This document shows, one piece after another, positions 23,570 to 38,100 of a DNA stretch of 64,000 nucleotides; position 1 is the first letter of the stretch; every line of letters starts with the position of its first letter. A program made the position numbers and the translations under genes. This DNA comes from Convolutriloba macropyga (taxonomy: Eukaryota): the NCBI RefSeq assembly GCF_964194025.1, contig NC_134468.1:75206001-75270000 (forward strand). Reading direction: 5' to 3'. The notes beneath the pieces are model-generated. The model was not told where the DNA came from. It ran no database searches and was given only the letters and a program-made list of their open reading frames with translations.

Positions 23570-26500
23570 AAATCTAAAACTGACTGAGTTTTCATGAGAT
23601 CCATTGGAGTGGCCAAAACGCTCTAGTTTTTTTGATGCTGTTGTTCATCAAAGCCAATCAACCAGCGATACGGAAAAATGCAATACTTGAAGACAAGTCT
23701 TACAAGTCAAGTGAAAGCAGCCATATTGGGAATGGAATTCAGCTCACAATCATACTATTATGCTTGGGATATACTCTATGAGAAATATGGCAGATCGGAT
23801 ACTCATCTTGCAATTTGGCACGAAAATTCTATGCGCATTTTCAAATTTGCAAAGGTCGTCACAAACTTGGCGAACTTCTTGACTCAACTTGGATACACAT
23901 CAGAGCGAAAAGCAGAAGCAGGGCTAAGTTCAACAACGAGAAAATTTCGCCGCAACTGAGAGAACAGTGGTTGCAATAAATGCAAGATCGTTGGCTACTG
24001 AGAGGAAACCTGATTGATAAACTGAAGTTGGGTAACCAAATTGTAGACCTGCAAAGGCTGAAGGATCGCTACCCAAATTTGAGGATCTTGCCAGTTCAGA
24101 GCTACAATCTAAACGAGGTGCAAGTGATTCTTGTACAGGATTGTAACGACATTCAACACCCTTTCGAATTCAAGAAGTCAGACGACAAAGCTGAACCATC
24201 GGCAGTGAAATCAAATATTGGCTAAACCTTAAGCGATCCGCTACGGGCGAAGCAGGCAGCAACACTTGCCACAACAGCAACTTCAATTGCAGATGATAAA
24301 CTAACAAACCAGCCGAGCAAGTGGTGGGATGTCGAGTCCTACCCCTCAAACTGTGATTTTAACGGACATTCGAAAGAGCAACAACGAGCAATCAAGATTT
24401 TGGAGCAAACAGCGCGACTCAACGGTGAAAGATACGAAGTTTGACTTCTGTGGCGAGAGGACGAAGTGAAGTTGCCAAAAAAGTTCTACTCTGCAATGGG
24501 ACAACACAATTCCTTAAAACGGCGTCTGCGGAGAGATAAAACTTTAAAGAAGCGATACCAAAAAACAATTGACACGGATGTTAATGCTGGATACCTTCGG
24601 AAAGTTGATCGAACTGAACTGAATGAAACCAAGGACAAACTGCAAAGGTATTTTCCACATCATCCTTTCATAAAGCCGCATAAATCTGACAAAATTGGAA
24701 GAGTATGCAATGCAGCAGCAAAGTATCAGATGTAGCCTTTAACGACGAGCTTTTATCTTGAACAGACTTGCTGCAGATTCTGTTCAAAATTTTTTTTCGC
24801 TTCCAAGAACTCCAAATATCTTTATCAGCCGACATAGAAGACAGTTTCTTCAAATCGCTGTCCCAAGCGACGACAACCAATGTCTCCAACTCTTCTGAAG
24901 AGAGGAACCAGAACAAAATGGAATCTTACGAATACGCACGACACTTTTTTTGGGCGAAAAGGTTGCCAACTTGTGCAAAATTTGCCTTGCACCAATCGGC
25001 GGAAGATAATGCAGTCAACAACGAAAGTCTCGTCAGAACTGTTCAGCAAGACTTCTCTAGGGACGACTTCCTCCAGTCGGTCAGAACACCTCTAGAAGCA
25101 ATCAAAACCATCCTCATCAAGGTTGGGTTCAAATTGATGAATTAGATAACAAGTGACGATGGAGTCAAGTCACAGATCCCAGAGACAGATAGGTCAATAA
25201 AAAGTCGTGACAAAATTCGAAGCAGAACCCCGATCATCTTCAACCTACGGACTAAACTTGAATGTAGACACAAAAAATCTCAGAGTCTGCCGCTGAACTT
25301 AGCAAGAAATTCCAGCAAAAATAACTCAGAGAATTGTCCCATCCTTTGCCTCAGCAGTGTTCGACCCACTTGGGATATGTTCACGTTTCACCATAAGGAT
25401 ACGATTTCTACTCATAAGCATTTGGGCAGCAATGGGGCAAGTAGGGGACAAAAAATTGTCAGCAGAACACTCAAAATTGTTTATTGATTGGTGCTCTGAG
25501 TTGAGAGAAACAAAGACGTTGACAAACCGACTTTATTTCGAAAACGGATGTTCAAACCTGAGACTTCACGTTTTCACAGATGCATCAGAAAACGCAGTGT
25601 GGATCGGGACGTATCTGCAAAATGAAGTTAGACCTGCATGCCGCGCTCTGCGGAGTTCGTCTCAGAAAGCCGATCTTCCTCCAACAAGAATAAAGTTATT
25701 ACTGGACAGACTCATCAATTGTTATGCAGTGCACACAAGCAGTGCACAAGAAACAACAAGTGTTTGTTGCGAACAGAGCTGCGGAAATACTGGAAAATTC
25801 ATCGATGGATCAATGGGGAAACGTCAAGGGTGTTGGAAACCCTGCCAACATCGGAATCCGAGAAATGTCCATCGAAGGCCTGAAGGAGTTAAAGTGACTA
25901 AGTGGGCCAGCATGGCTATAACGTAGCAAAGATAAGTGGCCAAAGACATGGTGTCAATAGAACGGACTCGAACCCAAGCAAATTACCAGTACTCTGGCCA
26001 CAAAAATTGAACCAGACCAACTCTTTGGCTGGAGACGATACAGTAGTTTCAGCCGAATTAGAAACTTGATTGCCTTCGGCATGAGATTCTGGACCAGGCG
26101 GAAAGAACCTCTCAAAGCAGAAGAGATCCATCTAGCAGACAAAATTTTTTTCGATTTGTTCAAAACGAAAGTTTCCCGAATGTTTCGAAGTCGAAAGCAA
26201 ACAGCAAAGAAATTTCAAAAACATTGAACATTGCAGAAGTGTCACCCTTAATAGAATAGAAGATAGAACATTGATGTGAAAGGTCGACTGAAGCATTCAA
26301 ACCTTGATTACAATGCGAAACACCCAATATTATTAACAGCGAAACATCAGGTTGTACAATTTCTGTTGGAGAAAGCACATCGGAACAACCTACATGAAGG
26401 CACAGAGTATGTGAGTAACATTCTTCTACAAGAGTTTTGGTTTATTTGATTGCAAAACGCATTAAGAAAAATTACGCCGCGATGTATCAAAAGCATATAC

Positions 26501-27290
26501 AGGAACGCCAACTTAATCCACCCGTCGACGGCAGATCTACCCCGAGATCAACTTGATGAACACGAGTTCTCATTTACCCATACAGGTGTTGATTTCTTTG
26601 GTCATGTCGGCTTGAATTTACTACAAAGTACCATGAAGAGATGGTGCTGCCTGTTCACTTGTCTAACAACGAGAGCAGTGCACATCGAAGTCGCACATTC
26701 AATGGACACCGAGACTTATCTAGCTGCAGTGACAAGATTCAATGCAAGAAGTGGCTACTCAAGTACCATCATCTGCGGCAACAGAACAAATTTCGTTAGA
26801 GTAGCCAACGAGTTGAAAGCATTCATAAACTGGTGGGATAATGCTTAGAATGAGTGTGACATTACTCAGAAAAAGTTTGTTTGGAAATTCAATCCACCTG
26901 GAGCCCAAAACTTTGTTGGAATAGGGGAAAGACTGGTTCAAAATTACAGGGAAGTGTTGATTGCAATCTCGGACAACCGACGCTTTACCGACCGAGTACT
27001 AAGCACAACAATGTGTCTTGTAGAGCGGACTCTCATTGCAAGACGCCTGACAGCAGTAAGTGACGATCCAGAAGAATTGACGGCTCTCACACCAAATCAT
27101 TTCTTGCTAGGGCGAGAAAACGCTAGTGCTCCCTTCATGCCATCCAGTGAACTTTATTAACCCTATGAGTACAAATTGGGACAAATCATTGGGATCTTCA
27201 TTGGCAACGACGGTGTTGTGAGATCAGCGAGAGTCAAAATGGCAAATGGAGAGCTGAACCGGCCGGTCGTGAATTTAGCGCCAGTATTCT
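23570..27290 (+). pseudogene. BEL/Pao gag-pol pseudogene (DUF1759-type gag, RT, RNase H/Pao peptidase, integrase)
   Basis: Motifs LPNLKLTEFS*DPLEW, EKMQYLKTSLT, HHPFIKPHKSDKIGRVCNAAAKY, ADIEDSF, FSRDDFL, VFDPLG, LHVFTDAS, TGVDFFG, KRWCCLFTCLTTRAVHIEV, LTPNHFLLGR; many stops and frameshifts; zinc knuckles and protease active site appear deleted near 24015. Confidence 0.92.
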
Positions 27291-27709
27291 GATGGTATTT
27301 CTGAGACCGAAAACAGGACCGGCAATGTTGACGCTTCATCAAATCAGCAATAAGAGCCGTCAGAAAACAAAAACTGATGAAATTTAGAATTTGTCAAAAC
27401 TCAAAAATGGTCAAAACTGAAAAAGTTGGGACTGAATTTTTGTACACCTCCCGATTTTGGAAGAGAAAACCTGAGCAACTCGAAGTTATGGCACACAATT
27501 AGAATTAATTCAAAACTACTCATGGACTCAAGGATTTTAATTGCATAAGACCCACAAGTGTGGCTATATACATATATTGTGCAAAGTAGCACTTTTTGAT
27601 ATTTTGTTATTTACTGTTTAATTTCTTAAATTTAAACTGTTCTCACAAGATTCTTCATCAAATTTTTGTTTTTTTGCAAATAATCCAGGGAATTCATTAA
27701 TTCAAGACA

Positions 27710-28230
27710 ATTAGAGCCATGTAAAAACCATCCGTGCTTATGTCAATAAAAGTAAATATTGCAGTAATTTGACATTTACTGTGTAATAATCATTCAGAAA
27801 CAAGTAGCGATGATGTTATAATTAATAAATAACTGATTATTTACTCTTACTCAATGGTTTGAATAGTAAAACTGTTTTGTATTTAGAACCATTCAAAAAC
27901 TGTTACCAAGAACAGTTGGCTCTCAGATTGAACTAAAATTTGATTCTTTAACATTTTGATCTTTTTTGCTTAGTTTTGCTATATCTTAAGATCTTGAGAG
28001 TTTTAAGTTAGTTGAGTATACTTGACGAGAAGTTAGCAATAAAACCAGCGACTGGTTGAAGCGTTTAAAACCAGCACGATATTGAAAATAGATTATCACT
28101 AAGGTCTTTTAAATACGTCCCAGCAGCTAATTATTTCTGCGAGATCATTTGACAACCGGATTCAGTGAAGAATCAGGCTGGGGTAAAACTCGAGAATCAG
28201 GCTTTGTTATATCGGTTTTGATGAGATTCA
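27710..28230 (+). mobile_element. Additional family-1 LTR fragment, closer to the 18368 copy than to the 20944 copy
   Basis: Shares GATGATGTTAT and GGATTCAGTGAAGAA...GTAAAACTCGAGAA variants with 18800-19160. Confidence 0.65.
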
Positions 28231-29540
28231 CGGTTTCTGAATATTAAAGAGTTCGCTGCAATCAGTAAGCAAATGGTTAAAAGTGAAAGAAATGAGAGCA
28301 CTTTTGTATGCTAGATGACACAATAAAGCAATGTAAATCAAAATTGGACAAATACGCTTGACAATTTGAACAATTTAATGTCAATCTCATCACAATTAGA
28401 AACGAAAAATGAAACTTTTTTGGGAAATAGTTCAAAAAAAAACTTTATAGCAAAGGAAACTCTGTATGTACAAATGGAGAAAGACAACCCGCATTGAAGA
28501 AACGGAGCGCAAAAAATGGTGCATCAATTGTTTGTCTTGAAAACGCAGAAGACAAATACCTTCAAGGCACTTAAATAAAGTCAAAAAATACAGAAGCTAG
28601 CAAAAAATTGATTAAAAGTTTAAAGAGAGTTAAACCTTTAAAGGTAAACAGAACAACCGTCAGCTTGCAAAAGATTCAAATTATTATTCCCCCACGATCA
28701 AATTGAGAGCAAAAACCTGTTTGCTAAATCAAATGAGGAGAAACTGGGAAAAAACAACACTAAAAGAGGAACTGCAAAAGATGCAGCATTAATTTATTTA
28801 TCTTTCACATCCTGAAACAGGAACTGAAATTCAATAGGAACAATCTTTGTTACCAAGATGACAGACTTTTTTTAAGGAAGTGAAAACCACCAACAGAATC
28901 TCATTGAAGCAATCGAAGAACTTCATTTAGAAAGCCTTTAACAAAGACCTTGTTGATTCTATACAGAAGACAGATCATCAATTAGAAAGCAGAATAAAGT
29001 CAAAACAAAAACACAGCTATTAAAAATTTCTCTCTGAAGAAAATAAAAATCTTATTTTGTACGCTAGTCTAACGAGATTCACGAACCGCGTCGTGTGCAC
29101 TAAGTTCAGCGGGAGGTAAGAATGTCACAGTCAAACAGGAATTAAGCAAAATTGTACTTTTCGAATGACACAATGGAGGAAATTAAAACTGCTTCTGCTT
29201 AGAGAAGCAACTGGTTCTCCACAACGAAAAAAAATGCAAAGATTTTTTGTCTTGCAATCTTGCCACGTCTTTTTCTGGGAATACCAAACTGTTTGAAGTA
29301 TGGATTACATTGCTATCAATTGCAAATTTCTTTGATCTAGAAATTTCTTTCAAAAAATCTAGAGGAAAAGCTGGCTTTTTCCAAAAACGAAAGCTAAATA
29401 TTATCTACAATAATGCAATCAATTATCAAATTGGCCAAAAAATGAGCGCACCTTGAAAAAACGAGGTCAAGTTTGGATGGTAGAGGACAATTTTATAAAG
29501 CAAATTCCAAATGGGACAAAGATCCACATTTTCAGCCGCG
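28230..29540 (+). mobile_element. Decayed LINE-like ORF1 / ORF2 5' remnant
   Basis: A-rich decayed coding pattern; homologous to 7000-8800 (reverse) and 17000-17627. Confidence 0.45.
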
Positions 29541-30519
29541 GCGGTGGGGCCATACATTCTGCAAACGCCAAAACGATACATAGAGAATTCAACCAACCAA
29601 TAGTGAAACTTGGGCTCAAATTTTTTGATGGTTTTGCCATCAGACTTCAAAAACAATAACATATACAAATGAAATATTTAAAAGTTGGGATTGAAATCTT
29701 GTCCCAGCCCTCAATTTTTGAAATGGAATCTCAGACAGATTTAGAGAAAAATTGGACAGATTTACAGAAAAATTTACAGAATTACAGATTTACAGATCAA
29801 ATGGACAGATTTACAGAAAAATTTTTGTAGGAACAAAAATAAACAGTTTTTTGCAGAGCCACCTAAAGCGAACAAAAAATTTGCCTTTCACAGAAATCTG
29901 AAAGATGGTTCAAATAAAAATTTCTGAATCTAATTTGATCAACAACAAAAAAGTTTAAATTGTTCTGCTGCTATAACTTGATAAATTGGTGCCAGAAGAC
30001 TTTTGAGCATTTGAGTCAGACATAGATCGGTGTCTTCCGACAAATTTCAGACTAATTTGGATTTAATTAATATAAATTTCAAAAACTTTAAAAGTCAAAT
30101 AAGTTAGAATTTAAAAGTTGTAAAATTAAAATGGCCACAAATGTTGAAGTGTTCAAAAATCGGCCAAATGAGCTGAAATGTGGCACAGTTGTTAAAGTTG
30201 AAAACAAATCACTCTGAAATTGATCTTTACTAGATTGTGCCTTGAGTGCGGTTCCACTCTAATGTTTCGACAAAAAAGCATAAAACGCTCGAGACAAAAC
30301 TGAAAAAAAAAATGGTTGGTATGTATATTACCCTGATTCTAGAGAAACGTTAAGGCAATAAAATTTTTAAAATTTTTTAGATCCGGTTTCTTCTGAGACT
30401 GGGCCTGAGGTGCATCATTCGTCTATGTTTGAGAAATTTGGGTTGCGGCTGCAAGTTTCAAAAGGTCAGAAAATTAAAAAGTTCAAATTCATCGCAAAAA
30501 CCCCTCCAATCCCTTTTGT

Positions 30520-32400
30520 TTCAGTAATTTTTGATAAACTAGTAAAACAAAAGTTCAACAGGCAACAGTGAACTTGTTTCGACGTTTAAATGTAAAATAT
30601 CAAAAAAAAATCAAATTTTCAGACTTAAAATTGAAAAAAGAGAAATAGTTTCAAGAGATCAGCTTAAGAAAGAACTTGATAATTAATTTTTGAAAATTTT
30701 GAAGTTGATTTTGACAGCACCAGGTTCTCAGACATGCAGAAATGCTTGAGAACAGATCGCAAATATAGTCGCAACACTAAGTAAAAAAATACCAAAACAA
30801 CGTTACAAATGATAATTATCAAAAAAAGCATATCCCTTGGCAAATTTTTTTAAATGTGTTTCTCTAAAGTAAAACAAACAGTTTCAAATAGAAATACCTA
30901 AAACTTAAGCACAAAATCGTCAACAAAAATGAGAATGTAATGGAGATTCCAAAAATATTGGAAAAAAATAAGGTATGTGGCCCTGATATCATGGGATACA
31001 CGATATTGAAAAATTTGCTAGTGCTATCTAGATAGTTGCCTTCGATATTTGAGGCTGCCATAATTAAGGGATTTGGTTCATCTCACTGGAAAGTGAACGA
31101 GGTTACCATCGTTTATAAGGGTTAACATAAAGCAAAGATTAAACTGCGTTCCCCAAAAAACCTAATCTGCAAAGTATCAAAGCAACCTTGAGAAAAAAAA
31201 ATTTGATGAAAAAACGAGATACTAAAGTCAAATTTATACGATGCTCAACAAGAATTCAGGAGACATAGATCAGTTGTGGCACAAAGCGATTTTGTTAAAA
31301 TTTTTAATAGTGTGCCACAAGATACAATGTTAAACATAATCGATTTATTTATTTATCTATTCGAGGTAGTTTAATTGGGACATAATCGAGATTTATTTAT
31401 TGGAGGTAACTTTCCAAAAACAATGGTGAGCAATCTAAGTGTACAAAAGCAAAATATTAAAGTAAATGATTGCATCTCTGAAACTGTGCCTGTAAACAAT
31501 GGTGTCCCGCTAAACTCGCTTTTAGAACCTCTACAATTCAACATCTATATGAACGATCCTCCTACTCAAATTTTACAAGTTAGTGCATTCGAACAAAGAG
31601 ATGTCAACAAATTTGAAAAATCAAGACTGGAGAAATTACAAAACTATCTGAAGAGTAATAAAAATTGTTGTAGCAAAATTGAAAGAAACTGAACGGAGGT
31701 AGTGCAATGTACTGCATGTTAATCAAAACACTAGCGAACGCCAGTTTACTCTAAACTCAAAACTTCTCCAGAATAAATGTGAAAACAAAAAGTTGGCATC
31801 ATTATGAGGTTGAACTTAGACTGGAAACCAAACGTTCATAAGCGTTGCCCAAAAATCCCGGAAGCGTTTTTACTTTTGGAACAAAAAACATCACAAACCG
31901 CCAGAAAAAAACAATGGAACCCACCGACAACGTAGGCTATGTTATCCCACTTACCAGTGGTATCAGTAACATTGCAAGATAGTAAAGACAACTTTACACG
32001 ATGAAGAACACAGTTTGCGGAGACATAGGTTAGTTTTAACACAACCCGGGACTAATTGTGAACAGAAAAACTTTGGCATGATAATGATGTCAGCCCTGGA
32101 CTAGATACCAAACCTTCGCAAGCTTTGCACAAAAGCCTGATCGACTTTTATCTTTAAAGCTCAACCAAAAAATCGCTAACCAAAAAAATGAACTTTGGGT
32201 ACGACGGCGGAAAGCGATAGCCGAAACGAGACTAGTAAGAAGAAAATAACATGAGTGCAGCTCCAGAACAATCGTCCCCTGTACCTAGAGAGCTTGCGAA
32301 AAAAATTCTACTACAAGCATGGCTCAGTTACCTTCTCAGGCATTTCAGCCATTAAAAAAGCCTAATTTACGCCAAAGTGTCGTATGAATGAATAAGCTGT
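30520..32400 (+). mobile_element. Decayed LINE (CR1/L2/Jockey group) reverse transcriptase remnant
   Basis: GPDIMGYTILKNL (GPDGI-like) and VKVNDCISETVPVNNGVPLNSLLEPLQFNIYMNDPP-like segment (from SGVPQGSxLGPLLFxIYINDLP). Confidence 0.75.
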
Positions 32401-35400
32401 AAATATCGAAGTTTTTTTTGAATTCGTTTCATATTAATGTGATTACTTCGGATGGTTTTTGAGTTTTGAACAAACAAAAGCAAAGTTCATGAGAACAAAG
32501 GGTCCGCTACTTTCAGTTTGATAATCTGAGTAAAGAAATGTCGTTTTACCATCGATTGTTTACAGCATTAGAAATGAAAAGAGACATCATTCTGATTTAA
32601 TACAGAAGAAACTTTACGACCATTTGGCAAAATTTTCCTTATATCAAGACACGCCATTTTAATGGCCGTGATAACAATGTCAATACATTGCACGGTGTTG
32701 ACGGTTAAAAATTCGAAATCGTCTGCAATTTGAATGGTACGCAAACATCTGTTAAAAGGCTTTCTTTTCTGCGTTTTCTTCATTCAATCATGCAATTGCT
32801 ACTGAAATGCAAAATCGAATTGTGTACAATTAGACTACAACTGAATCGAGGTTTGATTATCTGTTTTTTTCACACATGACTAAGATTGAATGAAAAAACA
32901 ACTGAGCGTTTTTTTCACTCCAATTGAAAGTTATGTGTTGGAAGCTAAAAAAACAACAGACTGCTATCACAAGATTCTTCATCAAAACTTTGGTTTTCTG
33001 CAAATAATTCAGGGATGAAATGAATTAAAGAATGATCTCTCAGACAAAAAAAACAAAGTAGTTTAGAAAACGCAGAAAATCAAAACCTCATAAAAGTTGG
33101 AAATAAAAATGATTCTACAACGCAAAATTTTGGAGAGCGGTACTCAACCAGGCATTTGAAAGTGGTTAGAGTAACGCCCCCTAAACATCGGTGAACTTAA
33201 CGAACCTACAATTTTCAAAGACTAATATGCGGCTATTAGCAAATATATAGAGCAAAAACTTATTTTCATATTACTCTGTTTTAACATCAAATTTCTAGCA
33301 CTGTTTGTTTTTTGCTCTCTTAAATGTTTTATAGTAGTCCAGCAATATATACAATGAATCACAAGCCTCGAAGGTACGATCATTGACTGAAGCTATTGAA
33401 GTGTTTGCGGCAGTTACTTGACATTCACTCTGTGAAACAATTATGTATTCAAACTATCAGTGATCAGTATGTTGCCGATGGTATTTGTGATTTTATTTGA
33501 TTAAAATTAACCAATTGAGTAGTTTACAAATAATATTTTTAGATCCAATAGAAACTGTTACAAAGAGCATTTAAATCAAGGAAAGAAAGCAGGAAATTAT
33601 CTACCCAGCTGCAATTAAAAACCAAATTAGTCAAAGAAAGTGCACATTCTGAAAAATTGAGAATAAGTTCCATTAGTGGATGACGTAGTGAAACAATGTA
33701 TATTCAGAATGGGACAAAAAATTCAAATTATTACAGGCAACAAAAAAGCAGAGCAATAACGAGTCTTGATACTGGTCTTCTCTTCTTTTTGTTATTTTTA
33801 TCGCAACGATTTTAGCTACAAATATATGACTTTAGAATCTCTTCACTTCGGTGGTTTCATTGAATAAAACACATAGATTGAAATGCCATTTCAACTTGGA
33901 TCGAATTTTGACTGTTAGTGAAACGAGGTTCTTTTCATCTGTGTTTCAGTTGGTCATTTTGGTCACACGTGACTAAACTTGCTTTCAGAATAAATGTTTC
34001 TGATTGCTAGAGAAAAAAAAATTATTACATACAAATTTTTCCACATTGCCAGATTTTGGAAACGGAAACTCTAATTGACCAGGTACTAAAAAGTAGTTAA
34101 AGTAACGTCCGTTTATCTCCAATGAACTTAACCAATCGAATTGCATCATATGGCATTGCATTATTGGCAATGTGCAGATAGAGTGCAAAAATTTAGTTTC
34201 ATATTTTATTGGTTCACAAGCTTTTCATAAGAGCCGGATCAACTTTTAACTTTAAAACTTAACCTAAAATCACTACTCAAAAAAAGAACTTTTTGGGTAC
34301 AACGGTGGAAAGTGAGAGCCAAAACAAGACCATTAAGAAGCACATAACATGAGTGCAGCTCCAGAACAATCGCCCCCTGCACCTCAAAGAGATTCCGAAA
34401 GAAATTCTACAACAAGCATGGCTCGGTTACCTTCTCAGGCATTTCAACCATTAAAAAAACATAATTTACGCCAAAATGTTGCAAGAATGAATAAACTGTA
34501 AATATCTAATATTTTTTTTGAATTGTTTTAGTTTTAATGTGACCACTTCGCACGCTTTTAAGTTTTTTTTTATCAATAAAAGCAAAGTTCATCAGAACAA
34601 ATGGTCCACTACTTTCAGCTTGATTTTCTGAGAAAAAATTATGTTATTTACCATCAATTGTGTACAACATTAAAAATGAAAAGAGACATCATTTTGATTT
34701 AAAACAGACGAAACTTCACGACCATTTGGCCAATTTGTCCAAATATCAAGACACGCCATTTTTAATGGCTGCGATAACAATTTCAATACAATGCACGGTG
34801 TTGCGCTGCGAAAATCAATATCAAGTTCATCGTATACGGTGAAAAAACAAAATCCTCCGTAAAATGAGTTGTAGGCAAAAATGTGTTAAGAGGCCTTCAA
34901 TTCCTTGTTTTGTTCAATCGACGATGCGATTTCTACTGAGATGCAAAATGGACTTTAGGTACATTTAGACTACAACTGAATCAAAATTTTGTCTGTCTGG
35001 TTTTGTCAAACATGTTCTCACAAGATTTTTCATCAAATTTTCGTTTTTTGCAAATAATCCAGGGAAGAAATGAATTAGGGAATAAGCTCTCAGACTAAAA
35101 AAAACAAAGAATTTTAGAAAACGCAGAAAAATCAAAACCTGATACAGGTTGGGAATAAAAATGTTTCTACAACAAAAAATTTTGGAGAGGGATATGCGAC
35201 CAGGTATTTGAAAGTCGTTAGAGTAATGTCCCTTAACCATCAGTGAACTTAACGAAACGAAGTTTATCATAGACTCAAATGTGGCTATTAGCAAATATAT
35301 AGTAAAAAAACTTATTTTCATATTATTTTGGTTTACAATCAAGTATCTTGCACTGTTTGTTTTTTGCTCTCTTAGATGTTTTAGAGTAGTCCAGCTGTAT

Positions 35401-36330
35401 ATACAATGAATCACATGAATCGCTGGTACGATCATTGACTAAGGCTATTGAAGTGTTTGAGATAGTTGGTTTCCTGACATTCACCCTTTGACAATATTAT
35501 GTATTCAAACAATCAGTGATGAGTTCACAGTATGTTGCCGATGATATTTGTGATTTTATTTGATTTAAATTAACCAACTGAATGGTTTACAATCAATTTC
35601 TTCAGATCCAATAGAAATTGTTAAAAACATTTTTTGTGTCAAGGAAAGAAAGCAGGAAATTTTCCCAGCTGCAATTAAAGACAAAATTGATAAAAAAAGA
35701 AAGAGCACATTCTGAAAAATTGAGTACATGTTTGACTACTGGATGACGCACTAAAACAATGTAAGCTCAGAGTAGAATAAAAAATTCAAGTTGTTACAGG
35801 CAACGAAGATGCAGAGCAATAACGAGGTTTGATACTGGGCTTCTCCTTTTTTGTGAATTTTGTCGCAAAGATTTATGCTAGAAATATATGAGTTTAGAAT
35901 CTCTTCAAATCTGTGTTTTCATTCAATCAAGCACTTTTGATTGAAATGCCATTTTGACTTGGATCCAGATTTGACTGTTAGTGAAATGAGGTTCTTTTCA
36001 TCTGTGTAATTTTTGGTCACTTTGGTTACACGTGACTTCTCTTTCAGAATAATTTTTTCTGATTGGCAGAGAAAATGAAATTTTATTACATGCAAACTTT
36101 TCCACATCGCCAGATTTTGGAATAGTATACTCTAATTGACCAGGTACTAAAATGTAGTTAAAGTAATATCCGCTAATCACTATCGAACTTAACGAATCGA
36201 ATTGCATCATATGGCATTGCATCAAATGGCAGTGTGACGATATTGTGCAAAAAAATTATTTTCATACATTATTGGTTTACCGTCAAATTTCTTCAACTGT
36301 TTGTGTTATACTTTCTTAGATGTTCAATAG
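32120..36330 (+). repeat. Two tandem ~2.1 kb mosaic units (LINE 3' end + LINE/LTR-derived blocks); third partial unit at 37810-38850
   Basis: AACATGAGTGCAGCTCCAGAACAATCG at ~32250 and ~34345, variant at ~37940; blocks also match 5273-6790 (reverse), 17632-18367 and 20116-20800. Confidence 0.8.
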
Positions 36331-36399
36331 TAGTGAAAGAGTACCTCCATTGCCTCAGCCACTTAAACCTATAAGGCAGTTACTTGACATTTCTGTCTT

Positions 36400-38100
36400 G
36401 ACTACTTGTTTCAGTAATTTTTGATAAACTAGTAAAACAAAAAATCAACAGGCTTCAAATTTTCCTAAAACCACTATGCACAAAGCGATTCTTCCTCCTT
36501 GGTTAAAAAAAGATCCTATTTCTTAGTGAAACTTGTTTCGACATTTAGAATTAAGATATCAAGAAAAATCAAGTTTTCAGACTTAAAATTGAAAAAGAGG
36601 AAAAGTTTCAAGAGATCAGCTTAAGAAGGAACTTGATAGTAAAGTTTTGAAGATTTTGAAGTTGATTCTGAAAATAAAATTTTTGACAGCAACAGGTTCT
36701 CGACATGCAAAAATGCTTGAGACCAGATCGCAAATATAGTCGCTACACTAAGTAAAAAAATACCAAAACAACGTTACATATGATAATTAGCAAAAAAGCA
36801 TAATTCTTGGCAAATTACTCTGAAGTGTGTATCTGTAAAGCAAAACAAACAAATTCAAATAGATATACCTAAAACTTATGCACAAAATCTTCAACAAAAA
36901 TGAGAAAGTAATGGAGATTCCAGAAATATTGGAAAAAAATAAGGTATGTGGCACTGATATCATGGGATACACGATATTGAAAAAATTGCTAGTGCTATCT
37001 ATATCGTTTTAAACATAATCGATTTATTTATTTATTTATTTATTGGAGGTAACTTAATTGGGACATAATCGAGATTTTTTTTATTGGAGGTAACTTTCCA
37101 AAAACAATGGTGAGCTATCTAAGTGTACAAAAGCAATTCATTAAAGTAAATGATTGCATCTCTGACACTGTGCCTGTAAACAATGGTGTCCCACTAAGCT
37201 CGCTTTTAGAAACTCTACTATCTACTATTCAATATCTATATGAACGATCCTCCAACTCAAAAATTACAAGTTAATGCTTTCGGACAAAGAAATGGCAACA
37301 AATTAGAAAAATCAAGACTGGAGAAAATGCAAAACTATCTGAAGAGCGTTAAAAATTGGTGTAGCAAAATTGAATAAAACAAAACGGAGGTAGTGCAATG
37401 TACTGCATGTTAATCAAAACCATAGCGAACGCCAGTTTACTCTAAACTCAAAACTTCTCCAGAATAAATGTGAAAAAAAGATGTTGGCATCATTATGGGG
37501 TTGAACTTAGACTGGAAACCAAATGTTCATAAACGTTGCCCAAAAATCCCGGAAGCGTACCTATTTTTCAAACAAAACAAACCTCACAAACCGCCAAAAA
37601 AAACAATGGAACCCAGCGACAACGTAGGTGGTTATTTTATCCCACTAACTAGTGGTACCAGCAACTGTGTAAGATAGTAAAGACAACTTTACGCGATGAA
37701 CAACACAGTTTTCGAAGACATAGATTAGTTTTGACACACCTCGGGACTAATTGTGAACAGAAAAATCTTGCATGATAATGACGTCAAACCGGGACTAGAT
37801 ACCAAATTTTCACAAAATTGAACAAAAATTTAATTGACTTTTTACTTTAAAGCCCAACCTAAAATCGGTACTCAAAAAAAGAAGTTTTGGTACGACCGTG
37901 GAAAACGAGAGCCAAAACGAGACCAATAAGAAGCACAGAACGTAATTGTAGCTCCTGAACAGTCGATCCTTGTCCTTCAGAGAGCTCCGGAAGTAAATCT
38001 ACTACAATCATGGCTCAGTGACATTCTCAAGCATTGTAACTGTTAAAGAAAGCCTAAGTTACGCCAAATCGTCGAATGAATCAATAAACTGTAAATATCG
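36400..38100 (+). mobile_element. Direct duplicate of the LINE RT remnant at 30520-32400
   Basis: GTTTCAGTAATTTTTGATAAACTAGTAAAACAAAA starts both copies; they share the same degenerate RT motif. Confidence 0.8.

Larger units (their letters stand above)
20944..27630 (+). mobile_element. Near full-length degenerate BEL/Pao LTR retrotransposon (5' LTR 20944-21928; truncated 3' LTR from 27326)
   Basis: Order is LTR, PBS, gag, RT, RNase H, integrase, purine-rich GAAAACAGGACCGGCAA, then LTR restarting TGTTGACG...AAATCAGCAA as in the 5' LTR. Confidence 0.92.

Noticed and set aside
29405-29470. Tc1/mariner-like TIR (TACAATAATGC...GGCCAAAAAATGAGCGCACC)
   Set aside because: Homology with 6900-7150 continues across the supposed terminus, and no partner TIR was found.
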